Below, in pieces: positions 37,283-49,983 of a stretch of DNA of 64,000 nt. The translations under genes were made by a program, and so were the position numbers. The stretch's first letter is position 1. The number at the start of each line of letters is the position of its first letter. The stretch covers positions 1,899,906-1,963,905 of the forward strand of contig BFEA01000004.1 in the NCBI GenBank assembly GCA_003427395.1, written 5' to 3'. Origin of the DNA: Chara braunii (lineage: Eukaryota; Plantae; Charophyceae). The notes under the pieces were generated by a model. That model worked only from the letters and a program-made list of their open reading frames with translations. It was not told where the DNA came from and searched no databases.

Positions 37283-40091
37283 CAGCAATACCCGACGAGC
37301 GCCCCAAGATAAGCCAGAATGTTTGGCTTTACTCATCAAGTTCCATCACCTGGGTTCCGACACGGATTCGTACCCGGACAGTTCAACGGCGTGCCTACCG
37401 GGCTAGGGCCTTGGGTATCTGCACCGCCCGCTGCACTATCCGCCATGCCTTCCGCTGCGCCGTCCGCTGTACCTCCCGCTGCACCGTTCTCTGCACCGTG
37501 TCCCAAGACAAGCGGGACACGGTTAGAGCAGCTCTTGCGCCATCACGGAAACAGTTTGCAATTGCACTTCGAGCAACCCCGCGAACACCACACCCCTCGT
37601 GATCCCGTCGCCGCCTCGCGTCCTCGAACGGGATGCGATAAATAAAGCAAAAAGCGGGAGTAAAACAAAAATAAAAATAAAGTGAAATAAGAATTAATAT
37701 CGGGGAGCAGCGACCGTTGGCGCCTCGTCAGTCCCTTGGATCGGGCCCGCCGCCGCGCCTGTAAACAAAACCGGGGAGGGATAGCCCCACAGGGCCCTCA
37801 ACCCCTTAGGTTTTCGCTCCAGGCTACCCTACCGCCGTCGCGCCGACGCCCGCCGGCCTCGATCTCCAAACCTCCATAGTAACAATCCGATGTCGTAACC
37901 TATAGAGCTATGCCCAAGCTTGAGACCCATATCCGCGGCGTGCCATATGAGGCGGTGCGGCGCTGCGCTCAGGGCCAGGGAAATTGGCCTGAGCCTCATC
38001 TCTGCCTACAACCGTGTGCGCGGCCGCCCACCGTCTGCGCCGACTCACCAATCTGTACCATGGCCGCCACTCGCGCCACCCCGCGTGCCAAGACCTATCA
38101 CAGTCACACTGTCGCCGTCGACGTCGTCGTCCTCGCACTCGCGCTCGCCTCGGTCAGACGTACCAATCGACAAAAAATATCCCTAATTCCAGCTTAATCA
38201 AAAATCAATAAATATTACTAATATCATTAAACAAAACGACCGATGCCCGTGCCGGCTCCATGATCAACAACAGAAAAGAATCACGCGCGTCTTAAACCTG
38301 CACGCCCACGCACTCTTTACTCTAGTCAACCATCCAGCCAACGTAGATCCCAAACACAGCCGCGCCTAGCGCGGTATACTTAAACTTTGAACCAAAACTA
38401 TCCCCTGTCACTTGCACAGACCAGGGCAGATACCCTCGTAAGGGTATTCGCACCGACAGCTTACCGGACCATATTAAGCGACGTCCCCGTCGCTTCGCAA
38501 AATTGAAAAGTTATCAGATGAACCAAGCTGCGGATGAAAGGAGGGACCAATCCAATTAATCGAGAATTTTGGGGCAAAAGCCTCCATCCATCTGTACTTA
38601 CCCACCGGTATACCACCAACATATCACTGGGTCTTTAGTTATCCCTCCTCTTTTTAGGATGAACCTCCCCATGACCTATTTAAAACACCTTCATTTTGAA
38701 GATGACTCTTCCAACAAAACCATATGAGCTCCTCTTTCCAAAAATTTGAAGGGGTCTTAACCCATAAAACTTTTCCAGTCATGGAAGTCACTGCCGCTGA
38801 CAAGACCGTTTGCAGCCTCCAATACGGTTAGTGAAGGGTCCCTGACGCCGGCGGGTCTCCCTACCGCAGGGCACCTTTACTAGCCCTTTTTGTGATTAGG
38901 CAAACAAGACTGTTGATTCTGGCGGTTCGTCCCTTACCCTCCGCCGCGCACAAAACCCACTTGCGATTCACAACCAGGGGCCAAGACATGAGGGGTTTCT
39001 GATTCTGGCGGGTTTCCCGGCCGCAGGAGACGACCCTCACCCGCAGCTGAGAACCAACAAGGTGAGATTCGCCGATTCTGGCCGAGGATAAAATCCTTCC
39101 CAAATCTTCCAGGCAAACATGGTCCTTTTCATCAGACTTTATCACTCATAAGACAACTTACCATGCCATAAATCAATTTACTCACCTTGAAGGAGAGTCT
39201 TCCAACAACCAAAATCATCCTCTTTTTCCAAAAATCCAAGGGGATCTCAACATGGAGCAAAACACCCCCCCTCTCTCAAAATCACGAGGGGTCTCATTAT
39301 AGAACAAAACACCCCAAAACATCCCCTTTTCCAAAATCCAAGGGGTCTCTTCATAGAACAAAACATCACTGAGAGACCATCTTATGGGTCTTCATCACAA
39401 CTTAAACAATCAACAATCGGCATGGTGAAGCATTCGAGTCTCAAGGACTCATAAATCTTCTAGAAATCCTCACAACTTTTCACAAACGGATTGCACTTCC
39501 TTCCCTTACACTCTGCCCTATCAGCTGCCCGTAGGCATGTCGCACGAGTATACCGAGGAGTAGGCAGCTTTACATATCATACATTCACACATCCTTCACA
39601 CAAAGCCAGCATTCATCAGGATAGGCCATACGCATGAGAGTGATAGTGATCGTCACAAAAATCAAGCCTCATAGGGTCTCCACTCAATATGTATATCAGG
39701 ATAAAATATCCCTCTCGAAAACAACATAGGTACCCAGCTCTCACGTCCCACTCTGCTAGGTAACCCATGTCTCAAACACACGAGTACCTTGGCATATGCT
39801 CAAACATATACAAAAGCTCAAAGCAAGCAAGTTTATCCCAACATGCTAACATATCACACATCTAGACGCAACTATCTAAACCACACCAAAGAAGGAAACA
39901 ATTGATTCGTACGAACCAGTCTCCACTCACTCATTGCCTCCTGGCGTCACCTATATGGCTGAGCATTACCCCTATCTTCAGCCCAAGTTACTTTACTGGA
40001 CCATTATTGCTAGAATTTCCCTCCAACCTGTTTTTCCTCTCCCGCAATCAACTCCCATGGTCTAAGTCGTCTGTCTCCAGTTGAGCCTAGA

Positions 40092-41273
40092 CTATATCGG
40101 GTCGGTCGCATCTCTTCCCTTATCATTCCTTTTCTTTTCTTCCCTTCGGGCTCGTCCCGCTTCCTTACACCTGCGAGGCGTATGAACCGTCTTTCCGCAG
40201 TAATTACACACAATTTTTAACCACTGCTTTCGCCGCCTCTTACTTTTCTGGCTTGCCCAACTAGACGCCGGTACCATCTTCTTATCCCCACTTTCTCCCC
40301 TAGGATCGGGTGCAGCGGGAGGTTGGGCTACCCCAGCTTCTTCCTGGCTTTCTCGCTTTTTTTGCCCTTTCCTGCTTGGAATGTCAGTCGTCCTCTCGCA
40401 GGTAGGGATCACAACATTCTTTGCCTTCTTCTGCACATCTCCTTTCTTGGCAGGTGACTCACGTTTTCTCCCTTCACCCCGCCTATGATTCCGCTCACTC
40501 GCCTTACCATGCTTCCGAGGCTCATCTCCCATGCCTTCAGAGGTGTCAGCCGCCAATCCATCTGTCCTCTTGACAGCCTCATCCCTTTCACAGTCTCTTA
40601 ACGCCTTCCTTCTTCTGGCTTCGCGTAGGATGTGGCAAAGGTACTGATCAAAATCTTCTCCCACAAAATTCTCTCGTATCTTATCCCATATAAGTCCTCC
40701 CGTCCAGCGGATCAGGTCTCGCTGCTCCTCACCCGTAAAATGCATAAGGAAGAAAAAACACTTGTCATGTTCAGAAAGTCCCCAAACCTTGTGGGAAGCG
40801 CGCTCGTACTCCACCAGAAAATGCCTCGCTGACTTGTAGTCATATCGATCCATCTTCTCGAGGTCCTCTCTGGTCAACTGTTCCTCTCCCAGTCGGTACT
40901 TATTCCTCATGCCATTATAAAACTTCTTCCATGATAACCCTGCTTTTCTGATGACTCCACCGACATCCTCCTGTAGGTCAACATGGATATACCTTATGAC
41001 CTCCTTCAACATTTGCTCCTCATTCCACTCACACTGGACCGCTATCTGCTCAAACTTACTAAGGAAGCTAGAGACATGGTTACTGTCGAAGAAACCGATC
41101 TCAACCTTGGGCATGTTGTCCCGCTCCCAGTCTCGTATGCTGAGCAAATCCACAAACTTCTCGGCCCCAATCCTTTCTTGAGGGTCCTCCATCTCGGGTT
41201 TTTTCGACCCCATCACCTGTCGAACAAAACAACGATCAGTTAGGGTCGGGACCCGAGATGGGTCACGTATCAA
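40092..41273 (-). CDS. Gag-like protein with CCHC zinc knuckle (393 aa), no pol downstream
   Basis: Uninterrupted ORF; FDSNHVSSFLSKFE..W..SWKKF capsid-like region; CNYCGKTVHTPRRC fits Cx2Cx4Hx4C. Confidence 0.75.
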   Translation of the reverse strand: MIRDPSRVPTLTDRCFVRQVMGSKKPEMEDPQERIGAEKFVDLLSIRDWERDNMPKVEIGFFDSNHVSSFLSKFEQIAVQCEWNEEQMLKEVIRYIHVDLQEDVGGVIRKAGLSWKKFYNGMRNKYRLGEEQLTREDLEKMDRYDYKSARHFLVEYERASHKVWGLSEHDKCFFFLMHFTGEEQRDLIRWTGGLIWDKIRENFVGEDFDQYLCHILREARRRKALRDCERDEAVKRTDGLAADTSEGMGDEPRKHGKASERNHRRGEGRKRESPAKKGDVQKKAKNVVIPTCERTTDIPSRKGQKKRESQEEAGVAQPPAAPDPRGESGDKKMVPASSWASQKSKRRRKQWLKIVCNYCGKTVHTPRRCKEAGRARREEKKRNDKGRDATDPI

Positions 41274-41468
41274 AATACAAACCTATCATACTAAACTTAC
41301 CCCTACACCTGCCTTTGCAATACCATAGGTCTCGTATATTCTTATACTAGCAAGGTTCCTCAAGGCTAATCATAGGCCGACATTAGTGGTCACTACGGCA
41401 ATAGGTAGTGAGAGGCCTATAGTCAAGTCTGACGGAGAGCACTTTAGTAAGATGGTAAAAGGCTCCTT

Positions 41469-42188
41469 CTATCGTTCCACTGCTGCCCGTAACCCATCCC
41501 AGTCTCCGACTTCCTCATTTGGATCATGTGAAATGGCATATACGTTAACTATATTGGCCGTGTTCCTGAGCCACTGACTGGAAGGCGAGAATTTTTTGTC
41601 TGAGTATAGGCCATATATCAATTCACAAGTATAGCGCCCATATTCCCACCCTCGCGTCCTCAAAGCCGCTTCAACTACTGCTTCTACCCTCGCCTGCTCA
41701 TCAAAACTCTTATCTATGAGGAACTCAGGCAGGATTACTCGTAGTGGAGCGGATGGAAGTCCAAACTCTCCAACGCACTTGACCTCTACATGGGTTAGTA
41801 CTCGCTCTTCTCCGTCACGAGCCGCTTCCCTCGCCCGCTTAGCTGCAGCTGCCTCGGCTAACCCCAGAGGCTTAGCAGGCAGGCTTTCATGCCCCAGTGC
41901 CAATTCTATGCCATGCTCAACCCAAAAGATGGCAGAGGCGTACAGGGTCACCCTCACAATTGCGCATTCCTGCTGGTCATCGAACCCAGACTCAATCCAG
42001 ACAAAGATGTCCGTGTCCATCATCACGCCCCACCATGATGAAATATACTCTCCGTCTCTGACTCGCCTGGGTAAAGATACCTCAAGCTTTCCCTCTTTCT
42101 CAATTGGTCCAAGCATACACGGGTCTTCCCGTGCATAAGGCATCCTGATTTGCCTTTCCTTTGTCTGGGTTCTGCTCATCACAAACAA
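41469..42188 (-). CDS. Hypothetical 239-aa ORF upstream of gag, same strand
   Basis: Open 720-bp frame of normal complexity; no motif recognised. Confidence 0.45.
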   Translation of the reverse strand: MFVMSRTQTKERQIRMPYAREDPCMLGPIEKEGKLEVSLPRRVRDGEYISSWWGVMMDTDIFVWIESGFDDQQECAIVRVTLYASAIFWVEHGIELALGHESLPAKPLGLAEAAAAKRAREAARDGEERVLTHVEVKCVGEFGLPSAPLRVILPEFLIDKSFDEQARVEAVVEAALRTRGWEYGRYTCELIYGLYSDKKFSPSSQWLRNTANIVNVYAISHDPNEEVGDWDGLRAAVER

Positions 42189-45100
42189 ACGTCCAGCATG
42201 CGCCTTCCGTTATTTAAGCTGACGATCCCTACTTCTCTGGGAAAAACGATCCATCCATACAGACTAAATGGCCAGCCATGAGACAAATGCTGGACTGGAG
42301 ACATTCATATAAATTTTTATAGACTTGATAAAATCCCAAATATAACCCCAATAGAATGCCTCACACGAAATACTCCTGGAAAGGATATCTACTTAAACAT
42401 ATATCTTCATATACTCAGCCATAGCCTAGGCTTACAAGGTCTGACATCCATAGGTGAGTTCAATATATAACTCAGAGTAACATCCTCACAAAAAAAAAAA
42501 TGGCATCACTTCCCTTAGGAAAAGTGTCTTTTCAGAGTTTACACTAGCTCAAATATGAAAAAACTTTCAACTATAAAAAATCAAATTTTGCCTAACTCCC
42601 TGAATTAGTAAAACTTTGGGCAGCACTACCCTTAAAATATGAGACTTTTTAGATTTTTACAAAGTCAATATGAGCTCAGAGATAATTTTTGAGTTCTATC
42701 AAGACAAAATTTAACTAACTCTTTCGATTTGTAGAAATTTCGACAACGTTTTCCGTAGGGAAAGTAGCTTTTCAAAATTTATACAAAGTTAAGTCCAAAA
42801 TCTAGAATTAACTTGTACTTCCAAAAATTCATTTTTTGTCTAACTCCCTCAATTAGCAAAAATTTGGGCAACACTATGAGACTTTCCAAATTTTTATTAA
42901 GCCATATATGAAATTTAGACAAGCTGAACTTCTAAAAAGTCAAAATATGACTAACTTCTTCGTTTTGTACAAATTTCGGCAGCGCTTTCCGTAGAAAAAG
43001 TGGTTTGTCAATATTTATACAAGACCAAATATAACAAAAGATCCTAGAAAATGCAGAAATTGACCTACGTAAAATAAACTTAGCTTAAAAATGCAAGAAT
43101 TGAAACTTACTCCTATGCTCTAGCACGTGGCGAACATCTAAAACAACTTCCTATGAAACTGAAACTCAAACTAAGTAGTGATCTCACTCAGCCACATTCA
43201 GGTCAAACCACAAAGGTAAGTACTCTCACCAGCTCAAGGTGAACTTGATTAACAATAGTTCGTAGTTTTTGAATGATTTATCCTTTATACCCAACTTTCA
43301 TAAGGCTTAAAGCTAGACCACCCAATCTTATGGGGACCTATTTAGCTCAGCCATCTATAACTTTTGTTTTCTTTGGGCATATGACTAGGTTGTCCAACCT
43401 AGTCGCCTTGAACTGTTTAAGTATCCAAGTTATATATAATTGTCTGCACTTAGTCTTTCGAGGTAGCATATGATTGAATCGATCATCTTAAATCAAGGTT
43501 CATCCTGCCCCTTCTTACCACAAGTTTATTCTTAATTCATACTCTCTTCAATTAGTGATAAGCTATAGTAAGACCATCCAATCTTATGGGAAAATGCCTT
43601 ACTAGCTTGTTCATAAATAAATAATATAAAAATATAAACGAGTTTATCTTTTTGGTTCCGGCATATGCGCGGCTCGAGACCAGATCACCCAGTCTTATGG
43701 GAACCTGTCGAGTCTTTGCCTGAATTCCCCCTCAGAATAAAACAAGAGAGGGTTAGGGTCATCGAATCTTATGGAACATGCCTAACTTTCTTTCAAAAAT
43801 TAATAAAATATAATAAAATTCAAAGAAACAAGGCAACCAAGCCATCCAATCTTATGGAAAAATGCTTGGTCCCTAAAAGTCAAACATAGGCAACCCTCGT
43901 AAGTCAAAGCAACCAGACCACTTAATCTTATGGGAACCTTCCTGGTCCTTCAGGAAATCGAAAATAAATAGAACAATGGGTCCTCCAATCTTATGGAGAC
44001 TCTCCCAGCCTTTTATTGACCCAGTTAGACGCAAGTAATACTACCTTCCTCCCACCTTTCCCCATATGCAACCTCTTTTTACAATCTGCTTTCATGTAAA
44101 CAACAAAACTGAAACCGAACTTACACAAATTTTCCCTTATTAATTAAATGTGAGTTATATTATGAAAGTCAAACTCAAAAACAATATGGGATGCACGCAA
44201 TACACTCAGCCAAATTGTAGAAAGATGTACGAATATTGGTTATAACTAGGCTTATAGAAGGAGAACAATGATTACCTCTCAATTTCTTACTTGCAGAACT
44301 CGTCATGAGTTCTGGCAGAGCTCCCACAGTCGGTGGGCAGACTCCCGACAGAATCTTAATGCGGTCCTACGGGTTGCAATCCCGTCTGCCGCCTTCCTCT
44401 CTGAACAAGATTAGACTTAGAGTAAAAAGGGCAGAAGGAGGGGGTTCAGACTCTCGAGATACAAAAGAGGGACCGACTCAACTCGCAGGAGAGGGCTTTG
44501 TAATCTACGTGCGCCTAAGGGCCCCGCAATGGCAGCCTAAATATGCAACAACAACTTGGTTAACTGAAGTCAACCTTCGACCATCGGTTCCCTGATGATC
44601 TTTCAGTTCGCAACAGTAGACCCCCTTATTCAAGCCATATCACTTATCCAGGTCACACTTCTCCGTGTCTGACCGAGACCCCAATGCGCAGACAAATAGG
44701 TCGCTTCTGAATAAAGTCCGGCCCTTACCCTGTGCTTTATTCAAACTTTAGCATTATTGGACAAGGGCAACGCTATCTACCATCATGCATGAGTATAAGC
44801 CCTACGGTAATACTCAACAAACGATAATTTGTAAGTCGTGCGCAGCAACCAAATGTCGTAATAATACACATCGCAAAGGCAAGCAAAGGTGAGCAGGACA
44901 CAACAGATCCTCATAGAATATTGCACACAGAGCAATCACGCGCAACAGCAGGGTTCTGTGGTCATGCACAATACTAAAACACGATTGTCACAGTCCGTAC
45001 TCAGTAATGCACCGTCGGAACTTAATGACGCAGTAATGCACAACGCAAAACATAACAACTCCACACAACATTTTATGAGCACATCAACACTAATGCGAAA

Positions 45101-47402
45101 TAGTAGCTTCCTTCCAAAGATGCAGAATCATCACTCAAATACCCAGCGACAACCACAGACCGACTCAACCCTATGACTCGCTCCCAGCAAACGTCGTGTG
45201 CACGGTAGATGCAGCATACGCAGCAGCTGTATGCGCGGACCGTACACAACTTTATTCCCCCCCCCCGTAGAAAATACTATTGAGAACAACCTCAACCCGA
45301 ATGGTGATGCTGTAAAACCGATAACACAGCATAGCGGCTATGAGAGTCATCAAGGTATTCCAGGATGGTTTACGTTTGCCAAGGGACAAGCAGCGACAAA
45401 TATCATGTGAGTTCCTTTCTTCTATTGTTGCTCTTTCGTTTTCAATTCACCTCGTTCAAAAACTTGCCCAGGTTCATTGAGTGTGGGAAGGGGAAAATAA
45501 AACCACGACACACTTACACAAAAAATTGTCCCGCTCCGCTGTCCGTCGAATATGTAGAAGGAGAACAAATCGTTTTCTGGAAGCTGGTCAGGTACGCCCA
45601 CTGCCTAGTCTCTTCTTCTGTCTGTCGCTCCCGCTTTTCCCACATACCCCGATCAATGGGATGGGCCAATCTGAATGATTCTTCCACTGGAATCATGGGA
45701 AGGTGAATGCTTTAGTTGCAACACCCCGCAAGCACGATCCGTATCACCGCAACTCGACCAATTCACTACTTTCTCGTTTTCCTTCCTCTTCCTTCCTTCT
45801 GCTGCCCGTTCCCCCCCACCATAGTATCGTGTATATGAATGTACCTGGCCATTTGCTCGGCCAGGTTTATTCACAGTGAGGAGAGCTAAACCGCGGGAAG
45901 GAAAGACTCGGATCACGATGAGCTGCAATACTGAAGATGATCAGTGTAATAGCAATGTAATCACTATCCGGATAAGGAGGTTTTCATGGTTGAGGAGACG
46001 ACTTCTATTAGAATCGTGGCACCGAGTGACAAGATCACGACCACGTCTTCAGCTACGAGTACGTGCATCGCTTTGCTGATAACGAAGTATGCAAAAAATG
46101 ATAATGAATCTTCCGTTGAAATACGGATAGATACACTCACTTTTCCTGCATGCTTTCCTCCCAGCCCGTAGACAATAGACTGCTTCACAAGCCGAGGATA
46201 TGTGTTCACCATTCGCCTCGCTCAGTGTAAGAACCTCTTACAACACATCCTCACTCGTCTGCCACATCCCATTTTTCAACACTCCGCACAATACTATTCC
46301 TTACTAATTCGTATTTTACTAATTTTAATAGCCAAAGTAACAACATTAATGAAATCATCTCACCCCAAAACCTTTGTTTAGATCTCCGAGTCTACTCCAC
46401 TCGATTTCATTGAGAATCGAGTGATATCTTGATTCTTTACTCCCACCATCTCTTTTTTTGTCATAGCTTAGCGCATCTTTTTTTTTTTCTAACTTCTACT
46501 ACACCCTTCCTCGCACTAATCCGACTTCGGATCCAGGGTCGCCCACCCTAAAAACCTCCGGAACGGATCTTGGTTCGCCCGTTTTCATTAAAATCGGGCG
46601 AGCTACACAGTTTTCGGCTCCGTCATATCCACCATTGTTGTTACCCCACGCGATGTCATTCTCTACTAACTCTAATTTACTAACTTTCTCGTCGATCTGG
46701 CTTCATATTCGGTGTCGCCTGCCCTTAAAATCCCAATCTCAACTCTTCACTCGCCCGTCTTCGTTAAGAAACAGCTAGATCTGCCTTTTTCGATATCACC
46801 ATATTCTGCATCCCACCATCTCGACTACCTTCACACACCCTCTAACACCTATCCCGACTAAACTGCTAGTTTCTAACAGAAACTAACAGCACCCGTGCAT
46901 TCACGATGACGGAGAACCCCCACGAGGCACTCGATTCCGATCGGAATCGGGTGAGTTACGTAACTTCCAACCTGCCATTCCCGATCTCCACCATCTACAC
47001 CTCGTATGTACCTAACGCGCTTTCCCGTCCGGCTTCACTCCCTACCTTACTGAGCCGCTTTGCCCTGTTCCTCTCATCGTTCCCCGTTCTGTTCGTGCCC
47101 GTTGTCCTTGTAGTGGCGCTCGGTCACAACGAGAAACGGCCTCCCCTCTACTCCTTCCCCTTTTTCCGACAAAGCGTCAAGTGGGTCCGCCGGGTTTGGT
47201 TAAGTCCTCCCCCTCTACTGCTAAAGGCTGACGACAGCCTCCGCCACCTCCTCCTCCGGCTCACCTTCCGCAGGAGGAGCTCACCACCGCCTCAGGCCCC
47301 CAACGGTCCACCCACACTCCCTCCTCTTTCTGCAAGTCGTTGGATCGAGGTGCGGCCCTACCACGAATCTATGACCTCGGGCCTTGAAGAGGCGGATCCA
47401 AC

Positions 47403-47479
47403 GCAGATCCTAGTGGTAGCAACAAATCTTCAAATGAGAACTTTGAAAAACCGAAGTGAAATAGGGTCCCATGAGAACA
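47403..47479 (+). rRNA. Degenerate LSU rRNA fragment (sense)
   Basis: GCAGATCCTAGTGGTAG is 15/17 to the LR7R site GCAGATCTTGGTGGTAG, followed by CAAATCTTCAAATGAGAACTTTGAA..CCGAAG..CCATG.GAAC. Confidence 0.8.
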
Positions 47480-47541
47480 TCCGTTGTGATAGCCCTGCCT
47501 TGCAGCCAAAGTTGCGACAGCCTCTCACTAATGTCCCACCT

Positions 47542-47728
47542 GCTCAGGCAGAAATCACCATCTAGTGGGTCCCAAGGGGCATGCTCACACTTAAACCTCT
47601 CACAATAGATCACGGCTGGTGAACGCGACATCCACAAAAGGCATCCTGCCACTCAGACCTTTTTTTGTCTCGTGGGTGATCACCCACGGGCCCTCATGCA
47701 CGTCGAACTCCTTGGCCTCTAAGACCGG
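47542..47728 (-). rRNA. Degenerate LSU rRNA fragments (antisense)
   Basis: GCTCAGGCA..TCACCATCT..GGGTCCC..GGCATGCTCACACT..AACC..AGATCA.GG, then ACTCCTTGG..AAGAC.GG (LR3/NL4-like). Confidence 0.7.
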
Positions 47729-49012
47729 CAAAATAAAAAAATTCCGCCAACATCCCTAACACGCGCGAACCCTTCGGTCAACTGACGGAGGTACCTGCTC
47801 AAGGTCCTCGGCCGCCGTGACGACCTCAAAAATCGGCGTTGCATCCAAGTCAAGACATGCCAACGCATAAAAGTAACAATAATAAAATAATAAAGTATCT
47901 AAAACTTTTAATCGTCAGACCACGACTATCGCGGGATAAGAAACTACTAGCATCGTTCCGACGCCTCTGACGACAAAACCAAGGGGGATAGACCCACCGA
48001 ACCTTCAACCCCTCGCTCTCTTCGCGCTAACCTGATATCCCGCGTCATCGCTGCTCGATCTCGATCCCTGAATTTCTCTGATGAAAGTCCGACGTTGTAA
48101 CCAATAGCGCTAGGCCCAAGGTTGAGTCTAGTTTTAAAGGACTCCTAAATAAGCGGATATTGCGCGACACATAGATCTACCGAAATGTTCTTTAAAAAAT
48201 TCACATTATTGTCGATGCCATCCTCCACACGTTCGCATAAGTCCCAGGCAAGCGCACCAATCCAGAGAGAATATATTTTTGATCCTAATTTAATCAAAAT
48301 TAAAACTTGACCGGCAACCGTCGCTAACTTCACAATTGTCAAAAGAAAGAGAGATCACACGTGCGTCTTAAGTCTGCCCGCCCACATACTCCCTACTCTA
48401 GTCAACCATTTAGTCAACGTAAATCATAGATACAGGCTCGCCTCGCGTGGTATACTTAAACCTTAAACCACTTATTTTCTGTTATTTGCAAAATCCAAGG
48501 CGGATACCCTTGTAAGGGTATTTGCGCCGACAGCTTACCAGACCATATTAAGCGATGTCCTCGTCGCTTCGCAGGATAAAAAAACTATCAGTTCATCCAT
48601 AATCCAATATGCTGACGAGAAAGGAACCAATCCAATTAGCCGACAGACTACCGTTTGAGGCCCCCAGCAAGCCATGCAAAACACAACTATATGGTGTTAG
48701 GATTCTAACCTGGGTCTCCATTGTCCTGACAGTAGGACGTCGGTGTTCTAGGCATACGTACTACAGCATAAGTTTCAGCGGCCCTCTCAACTGTCCTCTC
48801 CTCGTTGTCCTAGATAAACGCCAACTTCTCGTTATTAAGTGTCTCATTTAGTCCCTACCCTACAAGCAGGGCCATAACTAGGGACGCGGGCCCTAACCGA
48901 GATTTTTGAAGGCATTCATTCGTCGATATTTGAAGGTCGCGAAGTGGGAGAGCCTGAAGGAGCTGATAAGAAACCCGAGAAAAGTCGGTCTCCCAACGAT
49001 TCTCACAATCAA

Positions 49013-49018
<6 letters not shown>

Positions 49019-49086
<68 letters not shown>

Positions 49087-49239
49087 GACGATATATATAT
49101 ATATATATATATATATCTCGTCAAATAGAATATATATATACAGTTTGTCACAGCCCCTCGTTTGTTGTCCTCTTCTCTCTCTCTGCCTACGGTTTACCAG
49201 GCAGTTCTGTTTGTAATGATATATATATATATATATATA
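49019..49239. repeat. (TA)n microsatellite cluster
   Basis: TA runs at 49021-49082, 49091-49116, 49129-49140, 49219-49239. Confidence 0.95.
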
Positions 49240-49983
49240 CAGGGTTGCCAGGCCGAACGTACAGAGGCCCCTAAGCTGACCCCCAAACGTTCGGGCGTTC
49301 GGGTCCCCAGAACTTGAGGGGGTTCGGACCCCGCAAAAAAATATTTTGGCATCTACATATCACTAGTTTTTTCTAAAATGTTTTTTGTGTATTCTTTGTG
49401 ATGTGAGGTATCTCCCTCTGAATTTTGAAGCGATTCTGTAGAGCCAGACAAAAATGAAAAATCCTCAAAGATGGTGGAGTCAAAACATGCTTGCCCACTC
49501 ACTTATTTATTTTTTCTCTATTTTCACTTTCTGTTTTTCCTTTATTTCGGGCATGAAACAAATTATTATTTTTTAAAATTTTATTTATAGGTTCTTAATT
49601 ATGTAAGATGCACATATATAAAATTTTCATGGCATTTGTCCCAACCAAACAAAAATGGAAATGAAAAATTGCCAAAGATAGCGATGTAAAAAACGTGCTC
49701 GGCCACTCAATAATTTCATTCTCGTTTTATTTTATTTTTATTTAGTTTTAGTATTTGATTTTTATTTCAAATTTGGTAAAGAATTTGGATGTAAGGTTGA
49801 GGCAAANGTTGTTTAGTTTATTCTTCTGCATAACATATATTGTTTTCAGATGTTTTGGAGTTTTTTTTTTTTTTTTTTTTTTNTCCGCGTTCGGCCGAAC
49901 GGCCGAACGCGTCGAGAGGGGGTGCCGAACGTTCGGGCGTTCGGGTTTGGGCGTTCGGCCTATCCCGAACGCCGGCAACCCTC
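49240..49983. mobile_element. Non-autonomous hAT-like element
   Basis: Ends CAGGGTTGCC / GGCAACCCTC; clustered subterminal CCGAACG/CGTTCGG motifs at both ends; AT-rich core; no TSD seen. Confidence 0.6.

Larger units (their letters stand above)
32200..38600. repeat. Large diverged direct repeat, copy 1 (LTR-like or long leader of a gag-bearing retroelement)
   Basis: Collinear blocks with 42400-48660: 124-bp array, hairpin array, 34230-34545, 36100-36480, 37650-38560; boundaries approximate. Confidence 0.75.
42400..48660. repeat. Large diverged direct repeat, copy 2
   Basis: Collinear with 32200-38600; best conserved at 44295-44620 and 48355-48640. Confidence 0.75.
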
